Part shown: one piece after another, positions 21,036 to 32,871 of the stretch | How positions within the stretch are numbered: position 1 is the first letter of the stretch | How the letters are laid out: every line of letters starts with the position of its first letter | Source: Cyanophora paradoxa CCMP329 | Lineage: Eukaryota > Plantae > Glaucophyta | Assembly: GCA_004431415.1 (NCBI GenBank) | Contig: QPMI01000316.1 | Span: 1 to 56,848 of the forward strand | Length of the DNA: 56,848 nucleotides | Direction of reading: 5' to 3' | Notes under the pieces: generated by a model | What the model was told of the DNA's origin: nothing | The model's database searches: none | Seen by the model: the letters and a program-made list of their open reading frames with translations, nothing else | Program-made: the position numbers and the translations under genes

Positions 21036-23564
21036 ATGGCGGCGATTACGTATGCGAAAGACATACTCGACAAGGGCCGCCGCATGTGAGACTCACGCCA
21101 CAGCACCCGCCCCTCGCCTTACAGCCTCTGCCGCCATTGAGCGTGGCGCCCGCACGTTCCGGCCTTGCCGCATAGGCTGTATCTAAGCATACCGCGCGTC
21201 GACCGTTGTGTTGGCTCGTCGACCAATTGCTGATTCCTAGAGCCCTCCGAGACATTCCGCGCACGCCGCTGCCTTGCCCGTCAACTCGAACGCTAATGTC
21301 CCTTTGCGTGCTCGCAGACAGCGGACCCTTATGAACAGTGAGCTTCCCGCCGGCGCTGGCTCGCCTGTCTGTCGTCCTAACGACATGCGCAGTGCCTGAA
21401 ATTGAGATCAAAGTGCGGGAGGCGACGTCGAACAAGACTTGGGGCGCTTCAGGCACGGAGCTCAGTCAAATCGCTCAGGCATCCAATTCGTCGAGCGACT
21501 ACCCTGTAATCATGGTTGGCACTCTTGCTCGCCGTGTCCCGACCGCTGCAGCTTATGCCAGCAACTAGAAAACCATCTGGGAGCGCCTGAATGACGACGG
21601 GAAGAACTGGCGCCATGTGTACAAGGCATGTGAAGTAGTGCTCAATCTGCCGCTTGCGCTTTCCACCTGAGCGTGCTTCTTGCAGGGCATGACCCTGATA
21701 GAGTATCTCATCGTTCACGGAAATCCCCGTGTGGTTGATGAGGTCCGCGAGCACTTGTACCAGATTCGGACCCTTGCGGACTTCCAATACATCGAGGAGG
21801 GCAAGGACGTCGGGCTCAATGGTATGTAATCTGTTCTGGGTTCTGCCTCGCTTAGCGCTCACTGCGGGCCAGTTCGCGAGAAGAGCAAGAAGCTGTGCGA
21901 ACTCGTCTCTGACGACAAGCGTATCGATGAGGAGCGCGAGAAAGCGCGGAAGAACAAGAGCAAGTTCGTCGGCATCGGCAGCAGCGACAGCAGATACGGC
22001 GGGGGCTACGGCGGGGGCGGCTATTCTTCGTCTCGGTACGCGAAGTGAACCTGGGCATCCATCCGCGGACTGGATCGGCTCGCAGAGCTAACACAGCGAT
22101 GCAGCCGCGATGACGATGATGACCGCTACAGCCGGGATCGGGGGGACCGTGACCGCGACCGCGACTCTTTTTCTCGGTATTCGGACCGAGAGAAGCGCAG
22201 CTCGTACGCCGACCGCGGTGAGCAAGACGGGAAGCGTTCTCTCTGGAGGGAGCGTTGCTTATGAGCACACAGATCGGGAGCGCGACCGAGACAGGAAGGA
22301 CTCCGACCGCGACCGGAAGGACTCCGACGACGAACGCGACAAGAAAACGCAGTCGAAGTCTTCTTCCAGCACCAAGGAGAAGGAGAAGGAGAAAAAGAAA
22401 GAGGAGAAGCCCAAGGAAAGCAGTCTGCTGGACTTCGACGAGCCCGCCCCAGCCGCAGCCAAGGTCATTTGGCTGCCCACTCGCCTGCGTGCCGCCTTTC
22501 GCATCTCGAACCCAGTTCGCAGGCACCAGAAGCGGACTTCTTCTCTGCGCCCGCTGCGGCGCCTGCCGCGGCTCCGAATCCCTTCGGAGCATTCCCGGCA
22601 GGCGGCATGCCTTCGATGGGGGCGCCAGCGATGGCCGCGAATCCTTTCGCCGTCTCTGCGCCGGCAGCGCCGGCAATGTTTCCTGCGGCTTCCTCGGCAA
22701 TGCCCGCGATGGGCGGCATGGCGATGCCGACTGCGACGGCAGCGAATCCGTTCGGCTCGGCCTCCGCAGCGACGTCGTCCTCGGCAGCTGCATCCGGCGG
22801 GGCGGGCTGGGGCGACTTCGCGACGTTCCAGTCGGCGTCGGGGATGGGCTCGGCGGGGGGGGCGGAGCCCAAGAAGGACGACCCCTGGTCAATGGGCTCC
22901 AACCTCGTCGACCTCGGTCGCCTCGCCATCACCGAGTCGGCGCCAGCCAAGCCCGCAGCCACCGGCCCTCTGCAGTCTCTTCCAATTCCCTCGCCGATGC
23001 CAAGCATGGCCGCCGCTGGCCGCGGCGCGCCCATGCAGATGGGCATGCAGATGGGGATGCCCGGCATGGCAATGGGCCGCGGCGGCCCCATGATGGCTGC
23101 TGCCGGTGGGATGCCAATGGGTGGCATGATGCAGGTTCGCGCTCCTCGCAACCTCGCTGAGATCACATCTCTTCGACTCACTTTCGTCATAGGGTGGTAT
23201 GGGTATGCCCGGAATGATGCCCGGAATGATGCAGCAGCCCGGAATGATGCAGCAGCCTGGGATGATGCAGCAGCCTGGGATGATGGCAGGCGGTCTCCAG
23301 CAGCAGCGGCCCCAAATGATGCAGGTGCTCCTCTTGACCTTGCCAAGTTGTTTGCTTGTTTTAGTCGAGCTCGCTCGCTCGCAGGGTGGCATGATGCCAG
23401 CGGGCGGAATGGCAATGGGCGGCATGATGCAGCAGCCTGCCATGTCCATGGGCGGAATGATGCCCGCAGGCGGCATGGCCATGGGCGGCATGATGCAGCA
23501 ACCTGGCATGGGCGGAATGCAGCAACAGCAGTCCAACGCATTCTCCCAGCTGAACTGGAAGTGA
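21036..23564 (+). CDS. ENTH-domain epsin / EpsinR-like clathrin adaptor
   Basis: ENTH motifs EIKVREATSNKTWG, IWERLNDDGKNWRHVYK|GMTLIEYLIVHGN and DFQYIEEGKDVGLN|VREK. Clathrin-box-like LLDFD and LVDLG, three NPF motifs, DPW, and a Met/Gly/Gln-rich tail. Confidence 0.92.
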
Positions 23565-23804
23565 GGACGACACGTTGTGTGATAGTTCCTGGCACATGCT
23601 GTTGTCTTGTTAGATGTACACCAAGACCTATCCTATCCTATCCAGATTCTACCAAGGAGGAAGTGCGATCACGAACACTAAATGACACGGAAGGGGAAAA
23701 ATCCGAGCCACATAATGGGAATGATCCATGAATTCGATGTGGAATTCAGATATGGTGAGAATGAAGCATGTTAAAGAACAAATGTACAGGTTAAAGGCTA
23801 AAAG

Positions 23805-25312
23805 CTAGAGAGAATCGTCGCCGAATCGCAGCCGCTTCGTAGAGGAACGCAGGGGTGTGTGGCTCGGAGCGCTGGCAGCACGACGAAGCGTTCCGCCAGA
23901 GAAGTCCAGCTTCCGAGAAGCTAGCAACACACGTGAGTCTTGATGTGCATCTGCCAGGCACTGGCAGGGAGCCAACCTTCACAATCCCAATACTCATGCA
24001 CGTGCTGCTTGTCCTCCTGGCGAACATATCCGCCCCGAATCAAGTCCTGCTCATTGTTATACGGGTCAGCAGCTACAAGCAGGAAGAAGCTTAAAAAACG
24101 AACGTCTTGGCCTTGATACGTCTCAAAGAACTCGCGGTAGCCGCCTGCCAGCACGAAGCACAGTGGGTAGCAGAGAACGTCGTCAGGCGCCGAGCTGGCA
24201 ACGGTGGGGCTGATTGGGCCATGCAGTTCGGCCTGCTTGTCCAGGTAAAGCTTCCGATCGTATGATCTTGTGTACCTCCACAGATCAGGAGCCCGCATCT
24301 GACTGAACTCGCTGCCAAGGTTGTCAGTGGCAAGAGGCCCAAAATTTGGTATCGAAAGCATACCAGTGGAACAAGATAACAGTCGACCGTTTGAAACGAG
24401 GCTCGCCGGAAGAGTCGAACAGGTCTGGCAGAAAAACGTGAGAGGCGAAATACAGTACGGCTGCGTCAACGTACAGTTTCGCACATCATCGCAACGCCTG
24501 GTCAACAAATTTGATCAGCGGATAATGCGGCCTGGAACAGAGCACGAAGGCAGGATCGCACCAGTGATTCTCGCTCCCTCTGATGCACCCTCCTTTCCAC
24601 TCATACGGGTATCTGGAAACAGTTCAATTCAAGCTGCAGAGCAACGCGCTGTACGCGCCTGCAATCAATGATCTTGTATGCATGCGAGGACGTTGCTCGC
24701 AGCAAGTTCTGGACCACGTCAGCCGCGTGAACCACGGAGATGGCCCCCTGAGCAGTGCATTTGTTCCTGCAAGCGAGTAGATCAGTGAGCCGACTGCTGC
24801 TAGCTGCCTGCACGATGACCGCACCGAACGCAAAGCTTAGCTCGAATCGCGCTGAGGACGGACGCTTCCTCGTCTGCGACTTCTTCCTCGCAAAGCGACA
24901 GGCGCTTCTTGTGCGCTCCGCTGCTCGCGCATTCCGGAAGAACTGACGGCAGCGATGCTGCGCGGCTGATCTCCCGACCCGGAGAAAGCTCTCGTCGGAA
25001 ATCGTGGGCTGGCGGAGCGCGTCGTCCCGAGTGGAGGCAAACCCTCCCGAGCGAGTCCTGGAGCAGCCCCGAAGGAGTGGCTGGCGGAGGAAGAAGCTCC
25101 CAGCTGCCAGCGTTCTCCTTGTCCCCTAAGGACGTCCTAGTCGTCTTAGGAACAGCAGCGGCTGGTTGGATGTTCCGCGTCCCGCTTTTCCGGACGTTGG
25201 CCGCTGCAGCTACCGGTAGGCCTGAGGGGCCTGAGACAGCAAGCTCTGGAAGCTGAAAGTCCGGCGGCAGGGACCTAAGAGCTGCTCTAGATCTTCGCTG
25301 TTGGAGCGACAT
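23805..25312 (-). CDS. CDC25: Cdc25-type (rhodanese-fold) dual-specificity phosphatase
   Basis: KIIDCR|YPYEWKGGCIRGS. Catalytic VILFHC|EFSQMRAP (HCx5R, split by intron 24312-24363). SYDRK..YPLCFVLAGGYREFF. Long Ser/Pro/Arg N-terminal regulatory region. Confidence 0.85.
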
Positions 25313-25604
25313 GTTCGACTTGGCGGACTGACGAGATAGGTTGTCCTACCGACTCCTACGCAAGCTCCCCGCGCATGACGGACTGGTTCAGCGGCGCAGC
25401 TACGCGCGCGCGCTGTCGCTTAAACTGTAGCGCTGTCCATCAGCTAGCTGGAACTCATTTTGACGATGCGTTGTCTGCCAAGCTGGAACTGGAACGGCAC
25501 AATTCAAACGGGGTAGGGAGTTCCGGCTGGGATACGTCAAAAGCCGGGGGGCTATACCGCCAGGAACCCGCACAGGGCGCCCGGCGGCAGCGGAGGACCG
25601 CGCC

Positions 25605-26424
25605 ATGATGCAGGTGCGCGGTTGCCCCACCGAAATCGGGCGTGCCTCGTGTCGGGATAGCGCGCTCGAGATCGCCATCCGGCCTGCCGGGCTCGCTGAT
25701 CGCTGCTTCGCCCCCCGCAGATCTTCGCGAAGACCCTCACGGGTGCGCGGAGCGGGCGGTGGTTCGCTGGGTCGCTCGCGTGCACGCCTAACGCGGGCCG
25801 CCGCGGCAGGTCGCACCGTCACGCTCGACGTGACGGCCGCGCACAGCGTCGAGGATGTGAAGGCTATGATCAACAGCCGGGACGGTGCGGCGGGGCGGGC
25901 AGCGGGCAGCGGCAGCTTGCTTTGGGGGGGTGGCGGGCTTCGGAGCTAACGGGAGGAGCGCGGCGCAGGCACCCCGGTTGAGCACCTGCGCCTGATCTAC
26001 GCCGGCAAGCAGCTCGAGAACGGCTGCACGCTCGCGGACTTCGGCGTGGAGGAGGAGGCGACCCTGCACGTCGTCGCTGGCCTCGACGGTGGCGCCAAGA
26101 AGCGCAAGAAGAAGACCTACACCAAGCCCAAGAAGCAGAAGCACAAGAAGAAGAAGGTCAAGCTCGCCGTCCTCAAGTACTACAAGGTCCGCCCGCCGCC
26201 CCCCGGCCTACCCCGGAGAGGCAAGCGGCGTGGCGCGCGGCTGACGGCGGCGGGCGCCCGGGCAGGTGGACGAGAACGGCAAGATCACTCGCCTGCGTCG
26301 CGAGTGCCCGAACCAGCAGTGCGGCGCCGGCACCTTCATGGCCAGCCACTTCGATCGCCAGTACTGCGGCAAGTGCACCCTGACCTACGTCTTCGCCAAC
26401 AAGGGCAAGGGCGGCGACGAGTAA
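25605..26424 (+). CDS. RPS27A: Ubiquitin-like domain fused to 40S ribosomal protein S27a (eS31), copy 1
   Basis: Five exons give [37 protein letters not shown] followed by [22 protein letters not shown]|[34 protein letters not shown]. Confidence 0.95.
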
Positions 26425-27021
26425 CTCGCTCCGAGCTCCCTGCTAGGCGCTCTGCATTCCGCCCCACAGCTTTGCTGAGAATGCTGATTTGAGTCCCCCG
26501 CTCAACCCCCTGCTACTGCTGCCGGGGCCCGGGGCTAGTGCTGGGTAGCGGGTGCGCGCGTATACGTTTTATAGGCACATATTCAGCTTGCGCTTCGAGC
26601 GGACCCTCCGGGTCGGCAAACGGATATTATTTTATCTTGCCGCGGTTAATTGTGTTGGCGGTTGCGCGCGGCGCCAAGGACCGTCAGCCGCACATCTAAA
26701 TGTCCTCGGCCTGAATTCGTAGCCTACACGTTGCAACCTACGTGTACGCGTGCAGTGAGCTCGAGAGTTCGAGGGAGGAGCTCGTCCTGTGGGTACGGGT
26801 TAACGAAGCAACAAGCTCGGCAAGCACCAGCGCCACCGCGTACGGCGTTTGATAGTTAGCTGAAACAATACAGCTTAAAGGCTTGCGCTTCTTGGTGCCG
26901 CCCGTAGGCTTGCCGTCGCTGCGGACCTCGCGGGTCGGTCCGCCGCCCGCAACTGCAGCGCCACGCGTGCACATGAATAGATAGCCTGAGCTTCAGCGTG
27001 AGGCGGCCAGCGCCCGCCAGC

Positions 27022-30000
27022 ATGCAACCGGCATGCCCGCCGGCAGCGCTGTGCGTTGTATGCAACCAAAAGCCCGAGAGCCCGTTCTCGCTTCCCTGCG
27101 GGTTCGTCGCTGTAGGTAGCGCCGACTGCCGGCCCTGACATGCGCTAGGCACCCGGTTTGCGGCCCGTGCGCGAAAGCGGGGCCGCCGCGGACATGCGGC
27201 CGCTGCAAGAAGCCTGTGCCGCCTGGTATGCTCCTTAGTAGCGTGCAAGATGCCAGCTGGCTGACCGCTCCGCTTCTCGCAGGCGCGCCGCTCAAAAAGG
27301 ATGACCGGCTGCAGCGGTACCTGACTCAGCTCGAGCTCGTGGAAAAGGTCCGCGGCACGCTCACGGAGGTCGCCATCCGGGACTTGAAGACCGTGTCCAA
27401 CCTCGGCGAGGCGAGCACCTCGCGCGCGCCGCTCTGTCCTTCTATGGGCCGCAAACGCGCGGCGCAGGGGAGCTTCGGGAAAGTCACGCTGTGCGAATGG
27501 AACGACCGGGAGGTTGCCTGCAAGACACTCATGATGCGCGAGATGAGCGGCACGGACGTCGAGGACTTCCGCAAGGAGATCGAGATCATGAGGTGCGCGA
27601 GCCGCCGCGCCGGCCCTGGGCGCGCCTGCAGCGGCGGCGCAGCCGGCTGCGGCACGAGAACATCGTGGAGTTCCTCGGGGCGACGCTGTCGCCGCCCTTC
27701 TGCATCGTGACGGAGTACATGCCGCGGGGCAACGTCTGGGAGCTCCTCCGGCGCCGGAGCCGGCCCCTCTCCCTCCCCGAGGTCCCCCGCCGCCCCCTGC
27801 TCCCCTCCCCGCACGCCGCCAAGAGCCGGGCCCGCTCGTGCTGACCCCCGGCGCAGCTCGCTAAGATCGCCCTCCACGTCGCCCGCGCAATGGCCTACCT
27901 CCACTCGCGGGTGCCCCGCCCCTGCCCCCCCGCCAACGTCCCCCGACGCGGGCTGAGGGGGCGGGGCGCGCAGGACATCATCCACCGGGACCTTAAGAGC
28001 GCGAACATCGTGCGGGGCGCGGCGCGCGGGCGGGCGGCGGGGCCTCACGGGGCGCGCAGCTGCTCGACGGGGAGCTGAACGCGAAGATCTGCGACTTCGG
28101 CCTGAGCCGCGTCAAGGCCGAGGGCCAGAAGATGACCCGCGGCGTCGGCTCGGTCTGCTGGTCGGCCCCCGGTGCGCCCGCCCGGGGGCCCGCGCGGCGC
28201 GGCGGCGGCGCGCGAGGGGCGACGGGGGCGGGGTGGCGGGGCAGAGATGTTCGGGAACAAGCGGTACGGGCTGAAGATCGACGTGTTCGCCTTCGGGATC
28301 GTTCTATGGGAGCTCATAACCGGCTCCATCCCCTATCTCGGCATGGCCTCCGGTGCCCCGCCCGCCCCGCCGCCCCGCCCGCCCTTGCCGCCTGACGCCG
28401 CGGCAGCGACGATCATGGCGCACGTCCTCGCGGGGAAGCGGCCGCAGATGCAGCCGGCCACCCGCGCGCACCCGCTCGCGCAGCTCATGGCCAAGTGCTG
28501 GGCCCAGGTGCGCGCTGCCGGCGCCGTGCGGGGCGCCGGGGCGGGGGCGACGGGGCGGGGCAGGAGCCGGGGAACCGGCCCGACTTCACCGAGGTGGTCA
28601 GCACCATCGAGGGCGTCGCCGCCTCAGCCCAACCCGCGGCGCCCCCGACAAGCCCGTGCGGCCCTGCCCCACGACCCGCCGCCGCCTCCGCCGCCGCCGA
28701 CGCGCCAGCGGCAGCGGAGCGCGAGCTCGAGGGGGCCCGTCCTGGGCGCCGCCGCGGCAGGCCGCGAGGCGGCAGAGAAGGACGTGCCGGGGCCAACCGC
28801 CGTAAAGCTCGCTGCGGCCGGCGCCCCGCGCGCCCGCCCCGCCTCCGCACACCCGCCCTCGCCGGCGCTGCCCCAGCCGCATCCCCCTCTCCCTCCCCCT
28901 CCCCTGCACCGGGCCCCATCCGGGTTCATGCAGCTGCTCCCGCCCCCGCCCCGGCCCCCATGCTCGCCAACCCTGCTCCCGCCGCCCCCACCCCAGCCCC
29001 CGCAGCCGCCCCGGCTCCCGCGCCCTCCCCGCTCCGTGCCTCTGCAGTCGCCCCGTTCGGCGCCGTCCCCGCCTTTGGCGCTCGCAATGCTTTGGCGGCT
29101 GCAGCCCCCGCCCCCCTTCCGTTAGCACCCGCCGCCACCCCTTCTGCTGCCGCCCCCAGCGTCCCCTCTGCCGCCCCTCCTGCCTCCCCCGCGATCCCTT
29201 CCACCGCCATCCCTAACGGCTCCCCCGCCGCTTCTCCCCCGGTTCCATCCCCTGGCGCACCTCCGGCCGCTTCCCCCCTCGTCGCGGCGGCGCCGGGCCC
29301 CGCCGCAGCGCCGTCTGCAGGAGCAGGCGCCCCTGCGCCCCTGGCTCGGCAGGCGAGCGGGGCGAGCCTGCCGGGCGAGTCGGCGAAGGCTCGGCGGCCG
29401 GCGTCGGCCTCGCCCTTCTTCGCCCCGCCGGCCCCGCCCAGGGCTCCCAGTCCGGCACGAAGGCGCCCGGGGAGGCCCCGCCGCCCCCGCCGCCGGCGGG
29501 ACGCAGGCGAGGCGCGAGGGACGGCCAAGGAGGCGGCCAGCGCGATCGCTGCGCGGTGCGCGGGCGGGGCGGGGCGGGGCCGGCGGGCGGGGGCGGGGCG
29601 GGGCCGAGGCTGGGGCGGGGCGGGGCGCAGGGTGCGGCAGGTGCAGGGGGAGGCGCTGGAGCGGGTGGCGGAGGAGCGCGCCCGCCTCGACGCCCAGGCC
29701 CGCGAGCGCGAGCGCCTCGCCCGCGCCCAGCAGACCAGGCCCGCCCCCCGCCCCCGGCCCCGCCCCGCCCCGCGCCGAGGCCGCCGCAGGTACCTCGCCG
29801 AGCGGAAGGAGGCAGCGGGGCGGGGCACGCCGGCGTTCGTGGCGCCGCCGCCGGTGACGGCGGCGCGGGCGGCGGCGCGGGCGGACCCGAGCCGCCTGCT
29901 GGAGGAGATCGCGCGCTCGAAGCAGGCGACGGCGGCGCGGGCGGCGCACGCGGCGGAGAGCGCGGCCAAGCGGGAGGCGGCGGCCGGCGCGATCGCCGTG

Positions 30001-31312
30001 GCCTCGGCGGGCCCCGAGCCGTGCTCTCGGGCCCGACGCGCCCCGCTCCGCTTCCGCCGCGGGGGCCGCCACGGGGCGGGGCAACCCCCTCGCCTGGTCC
30101 GAGGAGGCCCCGCTGCCGGCGCCGGGCGCGCCCCCGGCCGGCCAGGAGGAGGCCCCCCGGAGCGCAGTATGCGCAGCGAGCGGGCGCGGGCGCTTGCGGC
30201 GGCCGGCGGCGGCCCGCTCAGCGGGGCGGGGGGGCGGGGCGGCTGGAGGCGACGGAGCGGGGCGGGGGCTCGGCGAGGGGCTCGCGGGCGGGGGCGGAGC
30301 CCGAGTTCGAGGTCCACGACGGCGAGCCGGCCCCCGGGCCCGAGCCCGAGCCCGAGGCGGAGTCCGAGCGCGAGGCGGAGTCCGAGCCCAGGCAGAGCGC
30401 GAGGCAGAGCGCGAGTGCGAGGCGAAGGAAGCGGAGCAGGGGGCGGGGCCGGAGGATGAGCTCGTGCTGGAGGAGAACAGCGGGGAGCAGAGCGCCGCGC
30501 CGCCCCTCGCCGAGCCCGAGCAGGCGGCGGCGGCGGCGGCGGCGAGCTGGGGGCCGGCCCCGGCGCAGAGGGTGGAGGAGGCGCCGCGGCCGCCGGCGGG
30601 CCCGCTGATCGCGCCGTGGGAGGAGGCGGCGCTGCCGCGGCCGCGGGAGGCGGACCCCGAGGCGGCGGCCGTGGCCTCGGAGCTGGAGGCGGAGGTGAAC
30701 GCTCTCCTGGGGGGCCAGGGGGCCCTCGAGCTCGCCCCGGACCTCCGCCTGGCGAGCCTCGCCGGCCCCGCCCGCCTGGAGCCCGAGGCGGCCCTGACGC
30801 TCGCCCGCGGCCTCTACCGCCTCGGCACCGTCACCGAGCTGCGCCTCCCGCAGTGCGGCCTCTCCCTCGAGGCCGCCGACGCCCTCCGCAAGCTCCTCGC
30901 CACCCCGGCCTGCGCCCTCCGCGCCGCCGACCTCCACGGCAACCTCGCCCTCGGCGACGGCGGCGCCGCCATCCTCGCCGCCGCCCTCGCCACGAACCGC
31001 TCGCTCACGCGCCTCGACCTCGGCTGGTGCTCCATCGGCAGCGACGGCGCGCGCGCCCTCGCCGACGGCGTCCGCGCCGCGCGCCCCGAGGGCGAGCCGG
31101 CGCTGCCGCTGCGGGGGATCGACCTGCGGGGGAACTGCATCGGGGAGGGCGGCGCGGCGGCCCTCCTCGACGCCATGCACAGCGCCTGGACGGCGGGGCG
31201 CCGCTTCCTGGGCGCCGACCTCCTCGCCCAGCGGGCGCCCCCCGACGGCTCCCCTCCCGCCCCCGACCACCTCGTCCAGAAGCTCTTCGAGCACCTGCCC
31301 CGCTGGCAGTGA
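27022..31312 (+). CDS. C3HC4 RING finger, TKL/Raf-like protein kinase, low-complexity/coiled coil, C-terminal RNI-like LRR
   Basis: RING CVVCNQKPESPFSLPCG|HPVCGPCAKAGPPRTCGRCKK. Kinase LGE|GSFGKV, VACK, HRDLKSAN, DFGLSR, WSAP|E and DVFAFG. LRR ADLHGNLALGDGGAAILAAALATNRSLTRLDLGWCSIG. Linkage of the LRR part to the kinase is inferred; apparent frameshift near 30390. Confidence 0.75.
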
Positions 31313-31907
31313 CCCTTCCCCCCCTATCGCAGGCTAGATATCTAGATCTAGATGTCAATCATTGAATGTCTCGGTGTCACAGTCACTGAGTGTCACAATG
31401 TTGACGTCGACGTCGCTGAACTTGGGAAGGATTCGAAACTTAAAACTGCCGAGCCCCTCGGAGCTCGCGCGCCGAATTCAACGATCGATCATTGGATCTA
31501 AAGCTCATGATCAGCGGCCGCGGCTAGCCTGCAGCTGGCTATCAGAGAGACATACTATGCTATATCATAGTATAGCCGCCCGATTCGTCGAGTAGCGCCT
31601 GACATTGAGGCACTTTGATCATGAGAAATCATTGAGGATGCGCAACTTGCAAACCGGCTTACTCCGCATGATCAGCAGACTCAGAGCCGGCAAAGCAAGC
31701 AATCGCAAAGGGCGGGTCGATGCCAGCTCTAGAACCCCGGCCATGTCCACGAGGCGAGTTGTCCTTCGGAGAAGAGAGGTACCAAGACCCGCACTAGCCC
31801 CGGGCCCCGGCAGCAGTAGCAGGGGGTTGAGCGGGGGACTCAAATCAGCATTCTCAGCAAAGCTGTGGGGCGGAATGCAGAGCGCCTAGCAGGGAGCTCG
31901 GAGCGAG

Positions 31908-32724
31908 TTACTCGTCGCCGCCCTTGCCCTTGTTGGCGAAGACGTAGGTCAGGGTGCACTTGCCGCAGTACTGGCGATCGAAGTGGCTGGCCATGAAGGT
32001 GCCGGCGCCGCACTGCTGGTTCGGGCACTCGCGACGCAGGCGAGTGATCTTGCCGTTCTCGTCCACCTGCCCGGGCGCCCGCCGCCGTCAGCCGCGCGCC
32101 ACGCCGCTTGCCTCTCCGGGTAGGCCGGGGGCGGCGGGCGGACCTTGTAGTACTTGAGGACGGCGAGCTTGACCTTCTTCTTCTTGTGCTTCTGCTTCTT
32201 GGGCTTGGTGTAGGTCTTCTTCTTGCGCTTCTTGGCGCCACCGTCGAGGCCAGCGACGACGTGCAGGGTCGCCTCCTCCTCCACGCCGAAGTCCGCGAGC
32301 GTGCAGCCGTTCTCGAGCTGCTTGCCGGCGTAGATCAGGCGCAGGTGCTCAACCGGGGTGCCTGCGCCGCGCTCCTCCCGTTAGCTCCGAAGCCCGCCAC
32401 CCCCCCAAAGCAAGCTGCCGCTGCCCGCTGCCCCCCCGCCGCACCGTCCCGGCTGTTGATCATAGCCTTCACATCCTCGACGCTGTGCGCGGCCGTCACG
32501 TCGAGCGTGACGGTGCGACCTGCCGCGGCGGCCCGCGTTAGGCGTGCACGCGAGCGACCCAGCGAACCACCGCCCGCTCCGCGCACCCGTGAGGGTCTTC
32601 GCGAAGATCTGCGGGGGGCGAAGCAGCGATCAGCGAGCCCGGCAGGCCAGATGGCGATCTCGAGCGCGCTATCCCGACACGAGGCACGCCCGATTTCGGT
32701 GGGGCAACCGCGTACCTGCATCAT
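31908..32724 (-). CDS. RPS27A: Ubiquitin-like domain fused to S27a, copy 2 (inverted duplicate)
   Basis: Reverse complement of 25605-26424 with the same exon structure. The differences I saw lie in introns and flanks. Confidence 0.93.
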
Positions 32725-32871
32725 GGCGCGGTCCTCCGCTTCCGCCGGGCGCCCTGTGCGGGTTCCTGGCGGTATAGCCCCCCGGCTTTTGACGTATCCC
32801 GGCCGGAACTCCCTACCCCTAGAACTTGGTTGAGCGAGCTCTGGTCCTCGTCTCGTGCGGCTTGTGCCGCA

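Larger units (their letters stand above)
25510..32819. repeat. ~1.03 kb inverted duplication (arms 25510-26541 and 31791-32819) around a ~5.25 kb spacer
   Basis: The arms match from GGGGTAGGGAGTTCCGG through the whole gene to GGGGCTAGTGC, with a few substitutions and small indels. Confidence 0.92.

Noticed and set aside
26738-27295. Minus-strand ORFs upstream of the kinase
   Set aside because: The plus strand explains the region as the 5' flank and RING exons.
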